64,000 nt of DNA, taken from NCBI GenBank assembly GCA_965116215.1, contig OZ220494.1:869408-933407 (forward strand), given 5' to 3'. The stretch is from Bdellovibrionales bacterium. GTDB lineage: Bacteria; Bdellovibrionota; Bdellovibrionia; Bdellovibrionales; JAKFYE01. Under the pieces are notes generated by a model. That model saw nothing but the letters and a program-made list of their open reading frames with translations. It did not search any database and was not told the DNA's origin. The position numbers and the translations under genes are program-made. The stretch's first letter is position 1. Each line of letters starts with the position of its first letter. Below are positions 51,813-61,979 of the stretch, piece after piece.

Positions 51813-52469
51813 ATGTCCACTCAAAACAAGAGATCACCTGCTGAAGAATTCTGGAAAGGCATGGCTGAACTGAAAGAACAAATGAAAGACACTGATCGAC
51901 GAATGAAAGAGCAAATGAAAGACACCGATCAACGAATAAAAGACACTGATCGGCAATTAAAGGAAGCTCATCTCTGGCTCAAAGAACAGAAAAAAGAAAC
52001 CGATCGACACATTCAATATACCAATCGGCGTATTCAATATCTAGATGAGCTTTTTACCGGACAGTGGGGAAAACTTATGGAATCACTTGTTAAAGGAGAT
52101 CTTGTCCGCTTGCTCAATGAAAAAAATATTCAGGTCTCAACACTGGCCCAAGAGACATCCACCGTTTTTGAAGAGAAAAACTACGAATTTGACATTATTG
52201 CCACAAATGGAGGAGAGATTGTTGTGGTTGAAGTGAAAACCACTCTGCGTCTTAAAGATGTGGATCACTTTATAAATAAACTCATGCTCTTTAAGAAAAT
52301 CTTTTCCCATTATGCAAATAAGAAAGTCTACGGAGCCATAGCCTATTTAAAAGCTAATGAGGGAACAGACAGTTACTCTGAAAAACAGGGGCTATTTGTC
52401 ATAAGAGCCACAGGAAACAGTGCGAGTATAATCAATAAAAAAACCTTTAAACCAAAAATATTTGCTTAA
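51813..52469 (+). CDS. Coiled-coil + PD-(D/E)XK nuclease-fold protein, copy 3
   Basis: Near-identical to copy 1, coil 7 aa longer. Confidence 0.85.
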   Translation: MSTQNKRSPAEEFWKGMAELKEQMKDTDRRMKEQMKDTDQRIKDTDRQLKEAHLWLKEQKKETDRHIQYTNRRIQYLDELFTGQWGKLMESLVKGDLVRLLNEKNIQVSTLAQETSTVFEEKNYEFDIIATNGGEIVVVEVKTTLRLKDVDHFINKLMLFKKIFSHYANKKVYGAIAYLKANEGTDSYSEKQGLFVIRATGNSASIINKKTFKPKIFA

Positions 52470-52562
52470 AATCTAAAGATTTGATACTTTTTGGCCTCCA
52501 TATCTACTAAATGGAAATGGCAAAAAGCTGACTCAAAAACACAGCTGCAAGGGGGCTCCATA

Positions 52563-55253
52563 ATGAAACAAACTCTGTTTCAAATACAACACGATAAAAA
52601 ATTACAAATGAAGCATCTCATTCCAGGTCTTCTCCTCTGTTTTCTATCTCTTATCTCCTTACCCTTCTGCGTTTTTGCAAAAGATGTCATCTATGACCTC
52701 AACATTGAACATAAAACAGTGAACTTTACAGGCACCTCTGTTCACCACGCCTTAGCTATTAACGGCTCTATCCCAGCCCCCACCCTGAGGTTTCAACTCG
52801 GAGATACAGCGATTATTCATGTGAAAAACTCAACTCAAGAAGCGACAACGCTACACTGGCACGGCGTCCTTGTACCATGGAATATGGATGGCCCTGCCTT
52901 CTCAAACAATAAATTGATTCAACCTGGAGAGTCCTTCACTTTTACCTTTCCCATCAGACATACAGGCACCTACTGGTACCACTCACACACGGAACTACAA
53001 GAACAACGAGGCCTCTATGGAGCAATTGTTATAGAAGACAAAAAAGAATTTGATAAAGATCTCGTCTTTATCTTAAGTGATTGGACAAACGAACATCCAC
53101 AGTCTGTTCTAAAAAACTTAAAAAAAGAAGGCCATTACTACGCTTATAAAAAAGACTTTCTCCCCTCTCTCCTCGGAGCCATACAAGAAGGTCAAACAAA
53201 AAACTTTCTCCAAAGCGAATGGACCAGAATGGGCCCCATGGACCTCAGTGATGTCGCTTACGATGCTTTTCTAATTAATGGAAAAATAAACCAGACCTTA
53301 CAAAATATTCAATCAGGAGATCGATTAAGAATTCGAGTCATCAATGCAGGGGCCTCCTCGTATTTTTATTTTAACATCGGCGATTTAAGACATTTTGAAG
53401 TTATCGCCAAAGATGGTGTCGATATACAAACCGTAAAAGTCAACGAAGTGCTCATAGGTATGGGTGAAACTTATGATCTCGCCTTTACAACTCCTACAAA
53501 AATCAGTCCTGAGTTCCGAGCCACAGTCCAAGACATTACAGGCTACGCCTCCGTTATTTTAGGAAATAACACCGTAGAAACCGTCCCCGATAAAACAAAG
53601 CCTTCTGAATATGCAGGTCACGACCATCATCAAGGTCATCAAGGTCATCAAGGTCATCAAGGTCATCAAGGTCATCAAGGTCATCAAGGTCATCAAGGTC
53701 ATCAAGGTCATCAAGGTCATCAAGGTCATCAAGGTCATCAAGGTCATCAAGGTCATCCTCACAGCAACCATCGAAAAAGTCACCCAGAACACAACAAAAA
53801 AATGCAACAAAATACCCAACGCCCCAAAGATAATAACAATCACCTCATAAAAGATAACTTACCTAACAAACAAGAAAATTCTCAGAACTTAATAAAAACT
53901 CAAGAGTCAAAAACTCATAATCAACATCATCCAATGAAAGGCAAAACAAAAGAAGATTCTCAAAATACAAAAGCTCAGTCATCAAAAGTCCATCATCACT
54001 CTCATCATCCAAAAAACAATCCCTCAAAAAATAAGGACTCTCTTTCCATCACCCTACATCAAGAGAAAAAAAACAATGACGACAACCAACCCACAACAGA
54101 AGATACGTCTTCAGAAAAATCTACAGAAAAAATAATGAAACGAGACATACAATCTGGTGAGCACATACAATCTGCTGGGCATAAATATAAAAAACAAGAC
54201 AACACAAAAAACATACATCATCACCACCAAACCAACACAAAACACAATAAAATGATCCGCCGCCTGAACTATAGAATGTTAAAGGCCATTCAACCCACAG
54301 AATATTCAGCCCAATTACCCAGGGCACATGAACTCATCTTAGAACTCAATGGAGATATGGATCGCTACACATGGACTCTCAATGGAAAACCCTTTTCCAA
54401 AGAAAAATATCTGGTCGTCAAAGAAAATGATGTCGTCCGATGGACTCTGGTCAATAAAACAATGATGCATCATCCGATGCACCTACACGGGCACTTTTTT
54501 CGATACCTGAACGGTCAAAAAGAAAATGCACCCCTATTTCACACCATAGATGTCGCCCCTATGGCGACAAGAACCATCGAGTTTCACGCCAACGAACCCG
54601 GTATTTGGTTTTTTCATTGTCACAACCTCTACCATATGAAAATGGGAATGTCTCGATTGGTAAAATATGAAAGTTTTGAACGCCCCGAAGAACTTGTAGA
54701 ACATGAAAAACAATACAATAACATCGTAACCAAAGATAACGATTTTTTTCCTAGAGGAGAAATCAAACTATTTACTAACCATGGAGAACTCAACGCCGCT
54801 ATGAGTGGAGGCGATTGGGATGTCTCTTTTAAAGTAGAAATTGATAAAAACCATTCCTCATCTTCTGAAAAATGGGGCAATTATGAAAGTGAACTGATGA
54901 TTAAAAATTATCGTAGCCGATTTTTTTCTTTTCTTGGAGGAGCTGAACATGATGACAAAAAAGTCCATGCCTTCCTTGGTATAACATATGTTCTGCCCTT
55001 CCTTATTGAAATGGAAGCCTATGTGAGATCAGATCAAACAATCGTCACAAAACTAGATAAAAAGCTCCACCTAGCCAAAAAATTAGACCTGGAAGTTGAG
55101 CCCAAGTTTTCTTATAAAAAAGGAGACTGTAAATGGGGACTTGAAGCCTCACTCATGTATCATATTAAAAATAACTTAGCCTTGGGGACTTTTTATAAAT
55201 ACAGTGATTCCTCTGGCTCTTCTATAGGGTTTGGTGGGAAATTAAATCTCTAA
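52563..55253 (+). CDS. Multicopper oxidase (CopA/PcoA-like) with a His-rich insertion and a C-terminal beta-barrel-like domain
   Basis: HWHG, WYHSH, HPMHLHGH, HCHNLYHMKMGM copper sites; signal peptide; start at ATG 52563 (GGGGG RBS) or 52608. Confidence 0.92.
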   Translation: MKQTLFQIQHDKKLQMKHLIPGLLLCFLSLISLPFCVFAKDVIYDLNIEHKTVNFTGTSVHHALAINGSIPAPTLRFQLGDTAIIHVKNSTQEATTLHWHGVLVPWNMDGPAFSNNKLIQPGESFTFTFPIRHTGTYWYHSHTELQEQRGLYGAIVIEDKKEFDKDLVFILSDWTNEHPQSVLKNLKKEGHYYAYKKDFLPSLLGAIQEGQTKNFLQSEWTRMGPMDLSDVAYDAFLINGKINQTLQNIQSGDRLRIRVINAGASSYFYFNIGDLRHFEVIAKDGVDIQTVKVNEVLIGMGETYDLAFTTPTKISPEFRATVQDITGYASVILGNNTVETVPDKTKPSEYAGHDHHQGHQGHQGHQGHQGHQGHQGHQGHQGHQGHQGHQGHQGHQGHPHSNHRKSHPEHNKKMQQNTQRPKDNNNHLIKDNLPNKQENSQNLIKTQESKTHNQHHPMKGKTKEDSQNTKAQSSKVHHHSHHPKNNPSKNKDSLSITLHQEKKNNDDNQPTTEDTSSEKSTEKIMKRDIQSGEHIQSAGHKYKKQDNTKNIHHHHQTNTKHNKMIRRLNYRMLKAIQPTEYSAQLPRAHELILELNGDMDRYTWTLNGKPFSKEKYLVVKENDVVRWTLVNKTMMHHPMHLHGHFFRYLNGQKENAPLFHTIDVAPMATRTIEFHANEPGIWFFHCHNLYHMKMGMSRLVKYESFERPEELVEHEKQYNNIVTKDNDFFPRGEIKLFTNHGELNAAMSGGDWDVSFKVEIDKNHSSSSEKWGNYESELMIKNYRSRFFSFLGGAEHDDKKVHAFLGITYVLPFLIEMEAYVRSDQTIVTKLDKKLHLAKKLDLEVEPKFSYKKGDCKWGLEASLMYHIKNNLALGTFYKYSDSSGSSIGFGGKLNL
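53628..53753 (+). repeat. (CATCAAGGT)14 coding repeat giving (HQG)14
   Basis: Perfect 9-bp tandem repeat inside the oxidase gene. Confidence 0.98.
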
Positions 55254-55484
55254 ATTAAAACAAAACACCTTCATATGAGAAGTTTTTATAAATACAATGA
55301 TCCTTCTAGCTACTCCATAGGCTATGTCTTCTCTTTGATATAAATAGCCCTGCCCTTTCATAGGACTTGCTGCCAAACTAAACCCTAAGTTAAAACAAAA
55401 CATCTTAATATGAGAACTTTTTATAAATACAGCGATTCTTCTAGCTATTTCATAGAACTTGGTGCCAAACTAAAACTCGAATAA
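55191..55484 (+). repeat. Three degenerate tandem copies of the oxidase 3' end
   Basis: TTTTATAAATACA..GAT..TCT..ATAG units at 55191, 55284 and 55419. Confidence 0.85.
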
Positions 55485-55548
55485 AATATATAACACCTTT
55501 CACTGAATAAGCTATGTATAAATAAGGAGCTTTAAAAGCTTTAATACT

Positions 55549-56451
55549 ATGTCATTGACTTCATTTATGGAGACATCCTATGCACCATATGTCTATGCTC
55601 TTTTCACTAATCTCTGTTTTGCGGCCGCTGCCGTTATCTATTCACTATCTCGCAAAAAAGTCTCTGCCGTTGAAATAAACAGTCTTATCGTCAGTACTTC
55701 CTTTATAACTTTTTCACTCCTATTAATCTTTACAACCGGCCTTCGCGATATAGGCATTAAAGCCATTTCTAGTTTTATGCTCAGTGGACTTATTGCTCTA
55801 AACTTCGGTGACCTATTTCTTCTCAATGCCTTTTCTAGAATTGGTGCTGCCCCCACCTTCATCCTCTTTGGATTCCAACCACTTCTTCTAGGCAGCCTAA
55901 GCTATATCCTATTCCATCAAGAGATCTCCCCCTATAAATTTATTGCAATTATATTCCTGATTGGATGTCTCTTTTGCTTCCTCTTAGAAAACTTCAAAAA
56001 AACTAAAACTTGGGAATTTAAAGGCATCGCTCTTGCTCTCATAGGGGTCCTACTCGACACTTTTGGAATCCTATTGACTCGATATGGATTTGAAACAACA
56101 ACCCAACCACAACCTATTGAAGCCGCTGTCTATAGAAGCCTAGGGGCTCTTTTAGGCTTTGGCATCATATTTATACTCTTTCCCTTTTCACTAGAAAAAT
56201 ATTCTAACTCCATTAAAAATAGTCTTCGTCCATGCCTTGCCATTGTCGGGCTCTGTGGATTGATTATACCTTTATTTCTTATGATGATGTACCAAGTGGG
56301 ACACCTGGCATCCGTCTCTGCTATTGCCATTACATGTCCATTCTTTGCACACGCACTAGAATGTATCCACAAAAAAGAAAAGCCAAGCCTTTATATGGCA
56401 ATAGCCCTTATCCTCTTCACAATCGGTTTTTCCATCCTCATGCTCTCATAA
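55549..56451 (+). CDS. DMT/EamA-family transporter
   Basis: About 10 TM helices in two halves; LSGLIALNFGDLF..AFSRIG. Confidence 0.85.
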   Translation: MSLTSFMETSYAPYVYALFTNLCFAAAAVIYSLSRKKVSAVEINSLIVSTSFITFSLLLIFTTGLRDIGIKAISSFMLSGLIALNFGDLFLLNAFSRIGAAPTFILFGFQPLLLGSLSYILFHQEISPYKFIAIIFLIGCLFCFLLENFKKTKTWEFKGIALALIGVLLDTFGILLTRYGFETTTQPQPIEAAVYRSLGALLGFGIIFILFPFSLEKYSNSIKNSLRPCLAIVGLCGLIIPLFLMMMYQVGHLASVSAIAITCPFFAHALECIHKKEKPSLYMAIALILFTIGFSILMLS

Positions 56452-56780
56452 AATAAATGAAAAAACAGTATGTTTGAGTGCGTTCTAAAATTTTCTGTCT
56501 TTCTGATGGAGAGACTTTTATGATTAAAGTATCAAAGTACTTCTCATGAGAAACAGAGAAGCCTTTTGATTGTTTTGAGAATCTAAGAAATGATTGAACT
56601 CGTCATAAGTTGTTCAATTATAGGCTAGAATTAAACGATATGGTGTCTATGGTAAGTGGGTTCGTTGTTATTAATCGTTCAATATTGATTTTATCCCTAT
56701 GCAGCTTGGCTTTTAAAATGAAAGAGAAAAACTTTTCTCTAAACTTCCAAAGAAAATAAAATCATTTGGTGCATGACGCT

Positions 56781-57539
56781 CTAAAAACACCGCTGTACAG
56801 TCTCCTTGTATTTTTCCTTCCAGTACGCAGCTCTTTCAAAATCTTTGGATAGATACTTCCCTTTATAATACATTCGAGCAAGGTCACGTTGAGCTTGTAG
56901 ATTACCCTCCCGCGCTAACCCCTCCAATAGTTTAAAACCCATTCTGGGGAGAATGTCTCGGAACTCTTTTAAGAAAACCCAATTTCCTTTTATAAACATC
57001 CAACCTAATCTATATATTGAATCCATATAGAAATTTTTTATAGGGGAGTTGAACGTCCTAGACAACAACTCTACGCTATGGTTATATTCTCTCTCCCAGT
57101 AATAGGCCCTTACAAGATCTTTTGGTATGCCATACTCCCCCTTACGATATATTTGGACAAGATCATATTGAGCTTCCGGTTTTCCTGCCGCCGCCGCCAA
57201 TTCCAGAAGTTCAACACCTTCTTTGAGGTGATCTTTGTAGTTGGCCGCCCACTCTGCTGCTTCACCTTCAAATTTAACATTTGAGCTGGGGTGTTTGGAG
57301 TTTTGAAACCATTTGAAATAGTCTCCTCTTATCAACGCCCAAGCATGTTTATATTGGATCTCTACCATATTCAAACGAAAGTTACCAGGCCGGCCTATTT
57401 TCATAGGCTTGTACGGTTTTCGTCGCTGACCCTTAGCTAATTCTTTCTTACGTGATTTAAGGTCTACTACCTCCTCTGAGAATATTGGTTCTGTAGCAGA
57501 GGCATTAAAAAATTCTTTCCTACGTGATTCAAAGTCCAC
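56781..57539 (-). CDS. Sel1-like repeat protein (true start probably further upstream)
   Basis: AAAAGKPEAQYDL..Y..G..PKDLVRAYYW and AREGNLQAQRDLARMYYKG..KDFERAAYW. Confidence 0.85.
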   Translation of the reverse strand: MDFESRRKEFFNASATEPIFSEEVVDLKSRKKELAKGQRRKPYKPMKIGRPGNFRLNMVEIQYKHAWALIRGDYFKWFQNSKHPSSNVKFEGEAAEWAANYKDHLKEGVELLELAAAAGKPEAQYDLVQIYRKGEYGIPKDLVRAYYWEREYNHSVELLSRTFNSPIKNFYMDSIYRLGWMFIKGNWVFLKEFRDILPRMGFKLLEGLAREGNLQAQRDLARMYYKGKYLSKDFERAAYWKEKYKETVQRCF

Positions 57540-57793
57540 TACCTCCCCAATCTTAATATCGTTTGGTTCATCCCCACTCCAACACAGAGGACTTAAAAAA
57601 CAAATAAGGAAAAATAAGGAAATTTTGACTCTAAATAAAGAATAAATAGCTCACCCCTTCTGATTTCATAAAAGCCTCCAAAGATGAAAAATAGGTACAA
57701 TATCTTTAAATTCAATTTTTGTTATTATCAGCAAAATTTAGCTCAATCCTTTAACAGGGGCTATAAAGTATATGCAGTAAGTTACAAACCATC

Positions 57794-58366
57794 TCATTTT
57801 ATCTTGGAAGATAAATAAGAAAGCATCTGTGGGTGATCCCAACTTTCAGCCCCTGAAAATTTCCTCACCAACTTATGATCCGCTTTAAAAAAATAAGACT
57901 CCGGAAGCACCTCTGTTCCATAAGACATTGCTATCGAAAGCGTCTTATCCCAAATGTGTATAACATCTTTATGGTAACCATCAAACCGCTCTAAAAAACG
58001 ATCCAACGCCTCTTCATCACTATCCGCACTCACAGCAATCATCTTAATGCGACCATTAAAATGATTGAGCATACTTATTAAAGAGGGAAATTCCTCAACA
58101 CAAGGCGCACACCAACTCGCCCAAAAACTCACCAAAACAGGCGTGCCCCTTAACTCCTGAAGAGAAAACATCCCCTCCCCATCAAATCTCTTACCAATCA
58201 ATTCCCTGGCACCACTTTTCCTCATTTCAGCACTCACTTCATAACTGACCGGCAAAGTATTTCGCCCTTCTTGATAGGAGCGTATATGGTTCCAAAAAAA
58301 GACCATAATAGAAATTCCACCCACTAAAAATAAAACACCCAAAATAGACTGTTTCAAATCATTCAC
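57794..58366 (-). CDS. TlpA/ResA-family thiol:disulfide oxidoreductase
   Basis: N-terminal TM helix, FWASWCAPCVEEFP, LPESY. Confidence 0.92.
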   Translation of the reverse strand: MNDLKQSILGVLFLVGGISIMVFFWNHIRSYQEGRNTLPVSYEVSAEMRKSGARELIGKRFDGEGMFSLQELRGTPVLVSFWASWCAPCVEEFPSLISMLNHFNGRIKMIAVSADSDEEALDRFLERFDGYHKDVIHIWDKTLSIAMSYGTEVLPESYFFKADHKLVRKFSGAESWDHPQMLSYLSSKIK

Positions 58367-58501
58367 CCTCTATAAAAAATAAATCCAAAAAGCCCCTATC
58401 CAAAATAAAAAGACAAACCCTACCATCTGTCTCCAAATGATTTGCCGTCTCCCTCAAATGAACTCTTGAACCTGTCACACCCAACTGATCAAAAAAGAAA
58501 G

Positions 58502-58933
58502 TTATTCGATTTCTGTTTCAGATGGCTTTTTTGTACTTTTAGATCCCCTATTTTTCTTCATCCTACCGGAGACACCATCATAATCCACCCACTCAATAAA
58601 AGCCATATCTGCCCCGTCTCCTCCACGAGGACCCAATTTAATAATACGTGTATATCCCCCATGACGATCCTTAAAACGTAAACTCAAATCTTTTAAAATC
58701 TTCGAAATAGCCTCCCTATTCATAACTCGACTTTGCAAAGCCATACGAGCCGCAGACGTTCCACGCTTGCCAATGGTGACAGCCCTCTCCGCATGACGAC
58801 GCAACTCCTTAGCCTTAGCTAAAGTCGTCTGAATACGCTCATGCTCAACAAGAGAAATAACCAAATTACGCATAAGAGCCCTGCGCCCATCTTTGTCTCT
58901 CCCAAAGGTCTTCACCCGTCTCTTATGTCTCAT
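58502..58933 (-). CDS. rplQ: 50S ribosomal protein L17
   Basis: MRH, ERIQTTLAKAKELR, GGYTRIIKLG. Confidence 0.98.
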   Translation of the reverse strand: MRHKRRVKTFGRDKDGRRALMRNLVISLVEHERIQTTLAKAKELRRHAERAVTIGKRGTSAARMALQSRVMNREAISKILKDLSLRFKDRHGGYTRIIKLGPRGGDGADMAFIEWVDYDGVSGRMKKNRGSKSTKKPSETEIE

Positions 58934-59093
58934 TCCAACTCCAAAAATAGATTAAAAGAAATGAATAGAAATACTGAACCACCAAACACTTCCAATCACA
59001 ATAGACTCTCAAGCTCTACTCAACACCACTACCGGCTGCTACTTATATAATGTACGGTCCTCTTAAAATACTCTCAATTTCTACTTAACACCA

Positions 59094-60734
59094 CTACTCA
59101 CTACGACCCTCATTATCTCCTCCATCTTCTTCACCACTTGCTCCCTTATCCGTAGTACTCTCCATGGCCTCTTCACGACTCACATCACCTAGTGTCTCCC
59201 CAGCACGAAAATCTCTATTCTCCTCAGCACCAGAGCCAGAACTCTCACTCATTCCAACATCATCAGAATCACCACCATCCATACTACCTGAAGCTCCTTC
59301 CGCACCATCGACACTACTGACAGTCTCATCACGACTCACATCACCTAGTGTCTCCCCAGTACGAAAATCTCTATTCTCCTCAGCACCAGAGCCAGAACTC
59401 TCACTCATTCCAACATCATCAGAGGTACCACCATCCACACTACCTGAATCTCCTTCCCCACCATCGACACTACTGACAGCCTCATCACGACTCACATCTC
59501 TGTCCACTATTTCTTCACGAACTGCCACCTCTTCACTATGTCCCGTCACATTATCACCACTTGCTGCATCTGCAGCAGAACTCGTTTGTCCACCCTCTTC
59601 TTCGCTACCATCGTAACTCACAGTGGTATCTCCAACATGTCCTTGCGGCTCACTACCCATCGTTGATGTCGAATCTACCTTTCCATTAGGTTCAGAAACT
59701 GCACCCGTGGCTGCTGCAGATGACGGTGGTTGTGCATCTGGATTCCAATTCGCAGGCGGCCATCCATCAATCTTCATTCCCAGAGACAATCCCATTTCTA
59801 TCAATATCTCTTTAATCTCATTTAAAGACTTACGACCAAAATTCTTTGTCTTCAACATCTCCGCCTCAGAACGTATCACAAGCTCCCCAATATACCGAAT
59901 ATTCGCATTCTTAAGACAATTAGCACTTCGTACTGATAACTCTAAATCATCAACTGAGCGAAAAAGATTGTCGTTAAACGATGGTGCCGCTTCCTGTGCC
60001 TCCACCTCAACAGGTTCATTATCTTCATCAAAATCAATAAACACCTGAAGCTGCTCTTTCATAATTTTTGAACCTAAAGACACAGCCTCTTCTGGTTTGA
60101 GGGAACCATCCGTCCAAACTTCAAAAGACAAAGCATCATAATCCGTCTTCTGACCAACACGTGCATGACTGACAGAGTAGTTGACTCGACGTATAGGAGA
60201 ATAAAGCGCATCGACCCCAACAAATCCTACAGGCAAATCCGCCTTGCGATTTTCTGCCATTTCATACCCACGACCAAATTCCACAATAATTTCCGCATCC
60301 ATTTTGCCGTTTGGCCCTAAAGTACAAATATGTTGCTCCGGATTTATCACTTCAATTTGATCTGTGAGTTGAATATCAGCTGCTGTCACAGAGCCTTCAC
60401 CTTTTTTGTTCAACCTTAATGTCACAGGCTCAGCCGTATATTGCCTAAAGCGAATAAGTTTAAAGTTCAGTATAATATCTGTCACATCCTCTAAGACATC
60501 TGGAATGGTTGTAAACTCATGTAAAATACCCTCAAAACGCACGGCCGTTACAGCAGAACCCATCATAGAATTCAACAAAATCCTACGTAGAGAATTACCT
60601 AGCGTAACTCCATAACCCTTCTCTAAAGGACGTACCATAAACTTTCCGTACTCAGTAGTTAAAGAGTCTCGATCCACTTCGTAACTCTTTGGCTTAATTA
60701 AATCTCTCCAGAACTTATAATTATGATCCAACAT
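59094..60734 (-). CDS. rpoA: RNA polymerase alpha subunit with a long acidic C-terminal tail
   Basis: [48 protein letters not shown]. Confidence 0.98.
   Translation of the reverse strand: MLDHNYKFWRDLIKPKSYEVDRDSLTTEYGKFMVRPLEKGYGVTLGNSLRRILLNSMMGSAVTAVRFEGILHEFTTIPDVLEDVTDIILNFKLIRFRQYTAEPVTLRLNKKGEGSVTAADIQLTDQIEVINPEQHICTLGPNGKMDAEIIVEFGRGYEMAENRKADLPVGFVGVDALYSPIRRVNYSVSHARVGQKTDYDALSFEVWTDGSLKPEEAVSLGSKIMKEQLQVFIDFDEDNEPVEVEAQEAAPSFNDNLFRSVDDLELSVRSANCLKNANIRYIGELVIRSEAEMLKTKNFGRKSLNEIKEILIEMGLSLGMKIDGWPPANWNPDAQPPSSAAATGAVSEPNGKVDSTSTMGSEPQGHVGDTTVSYDGSEEEGGQTSSAADAASGDNVTGHSEEVAVREEIVDRDVSRDEAVSSVDGGEGDSGSVDGGTSDDVGMSESSGSGAEENRDFRTGETLGDVSRDETVSSVDGAEGASGSMDGGDSDDVGMSESSGSGAEENRDFRAGETLGDVSREEAMESTTDKGASGEEDGGDNEGRSE
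59173..59498 (-). repeat. 156-bp (52-aa) tandem duplication in the rpoA tail
   Basis: TCACGACTCACATC recurs at 59173, 59329 and 59485. Confidence 0.95.
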
Positions 60735-60758
60735 CTTTAAACTCTCCCTTACTTTAAA

Positions 60759-61157
60759 TTAACCTCTCCTACGCTTAGGAGGACGACACCCATTATGAGG
60801 TATAGGTGTCACATCTCTAATAGAAGCAATTCTTAACCCTCTGGCCGATAGCGCACGAATAGCTGACTCCCTCCCTGCGCCAGGACCCTTAACAAAAACA
60901 GAACAAGATTTCATTCCACTTTCTTGAGCTTTACGAGCCGCCTCCTCTGCCACCATTTGGGCAGCAAAAGGCGTCCCTTTTCGACTCCCCTTAAACCCCA
61001 ATTGACCAGCACTCGACCAAGCCAGCGTATCACCCATAGCATCAGTTATCGTCACGATAGTATTTCCAAAACCAGCCTGAATATGGCATGTCCCACTGGG
61101 AACATTTTTTTTTGTTTTCTTACCCTTAGTTTTTACCTTCTTAACAGCCAAACTCAA
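60759..61157 (-). CDS. rpsK: 30S ribosomal protein S11
   Basis: [31 protein letters not shown]. Confidence 0.99.
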   Translation of the reverse strand: MSLAVKKVKTKGKKTKKNVPSGTCHIQAGFGNTIVTITDAMGDTLAWSSAGQLGFKGSRKGTPFAAQMVAEEAARKAQESGMKSCSVFVKGPGAGRESAIRALSARGLRIASIRDVTPIPHNGCRPPKRRRG

Positions 61158-61196
61158 AAACTCCTTATAAAAATATGATGACTTTTCTAATAAACC

Positions 61197-61571
61197 CTAA
61201 ACAGCCTTCTTCTTATTTGCGATCGTCTTACGAGGCCCTTTACGAGTTCTAGAGTTTGTTTGTGTATTTTGACCCCGAACAGGTAGACCCCTTTTGTGAC
61301 GCAAGCCTCGATAAGTTCCAAGATCCATCAAACGTTTTATTGATAAAGAAACTTCTCTGCGTAAATCACCCTCTACTTTATAGCCTCTATCTAAAATTTC
61401 ACGAATTTTAGCAACATCAACATCTGTTAACTCTCCCGTCCTTAAAGCTGGATCAAAACCTGCCTTTAAACAGATTTCTTTCGCTTTCACATGACCAACG
61501 CCATAAATATAAGTTAAAGCAACGGCGACTCTCTTATTTCTTGGTAAATCAACCCCTGATACACGTGCCAT
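61197..61571 (-). CDS. rpsM: 30S ribosomal protein S13
   Basis: [23 protein letters not shown]. Confidence 0.99.
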   Translation of the reverse strand: MARVSGVDLPRNKRVAVALTYIYGVGHVKAKEICLKAGFDPALRTGELTDVDVAKIREILDRGYKVEGDLRREVSLSIKRLMDLGTYRGLRHKRGLPVRGQNTQTNSRTRKGPRKTIANKKKAV

Positions 61572-61574
61572 CGC

Positions 61575-61688
61575 CTACCCCTGTCTCTGTTTATGCCTAG
61601 GGTTTTCACAAATGACACGAATATTCCCTTTGCGCTTAATTAATTTACACTTATTACAAATCTTTTTTACTGAAGCACGCACTTTCAT
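61575..61688 (-). CDS. rpmJ: 50S ribosomal protein L36, zinc-ribbon form (absent from the ORF track)
   Basis: Manual translation [37 protein letters not shown]. Confidence 0.98.
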   Translation of the reverse strand: MKVRASVKKICNKCKLIKRKGNIRVICENPRHKQRQG

Positions 61689-61979
61689 AAAACCAACACC
61701 TCTTCAAATATAAAACCTCTTTAACTTACTCAAACACAACATAGACTTATAATTTCTAAACAGTCAAAACACCTTCCTATAAAAATAAGACCACTTAAGA
61801 TCAGCATTTCTTAACAGTCACAAACAACAGGCCCTATACCAAACCAACCTTAAAAAAGACCCTACAACCTACACACTTCAATACCTTTTTACAAAGATAC
61901 CACCTAAGCCTTTGAAAAAACTAAGGTTTTAAATAAAAATACCACGCAAAAAAGAATCGAAAGATGTTAACACTTCCCT

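Noticed and set aside
53559-53850. ORFs with (MTL)n and (IKV)n repeats
   Set aside because: Alternative frames of the (CATCAAGGT)14 repeat in the oxidase
59164-60048. Ser/Pro-rich plus-strand ORFs
   Set aside because: Antisense shadows of rpoA
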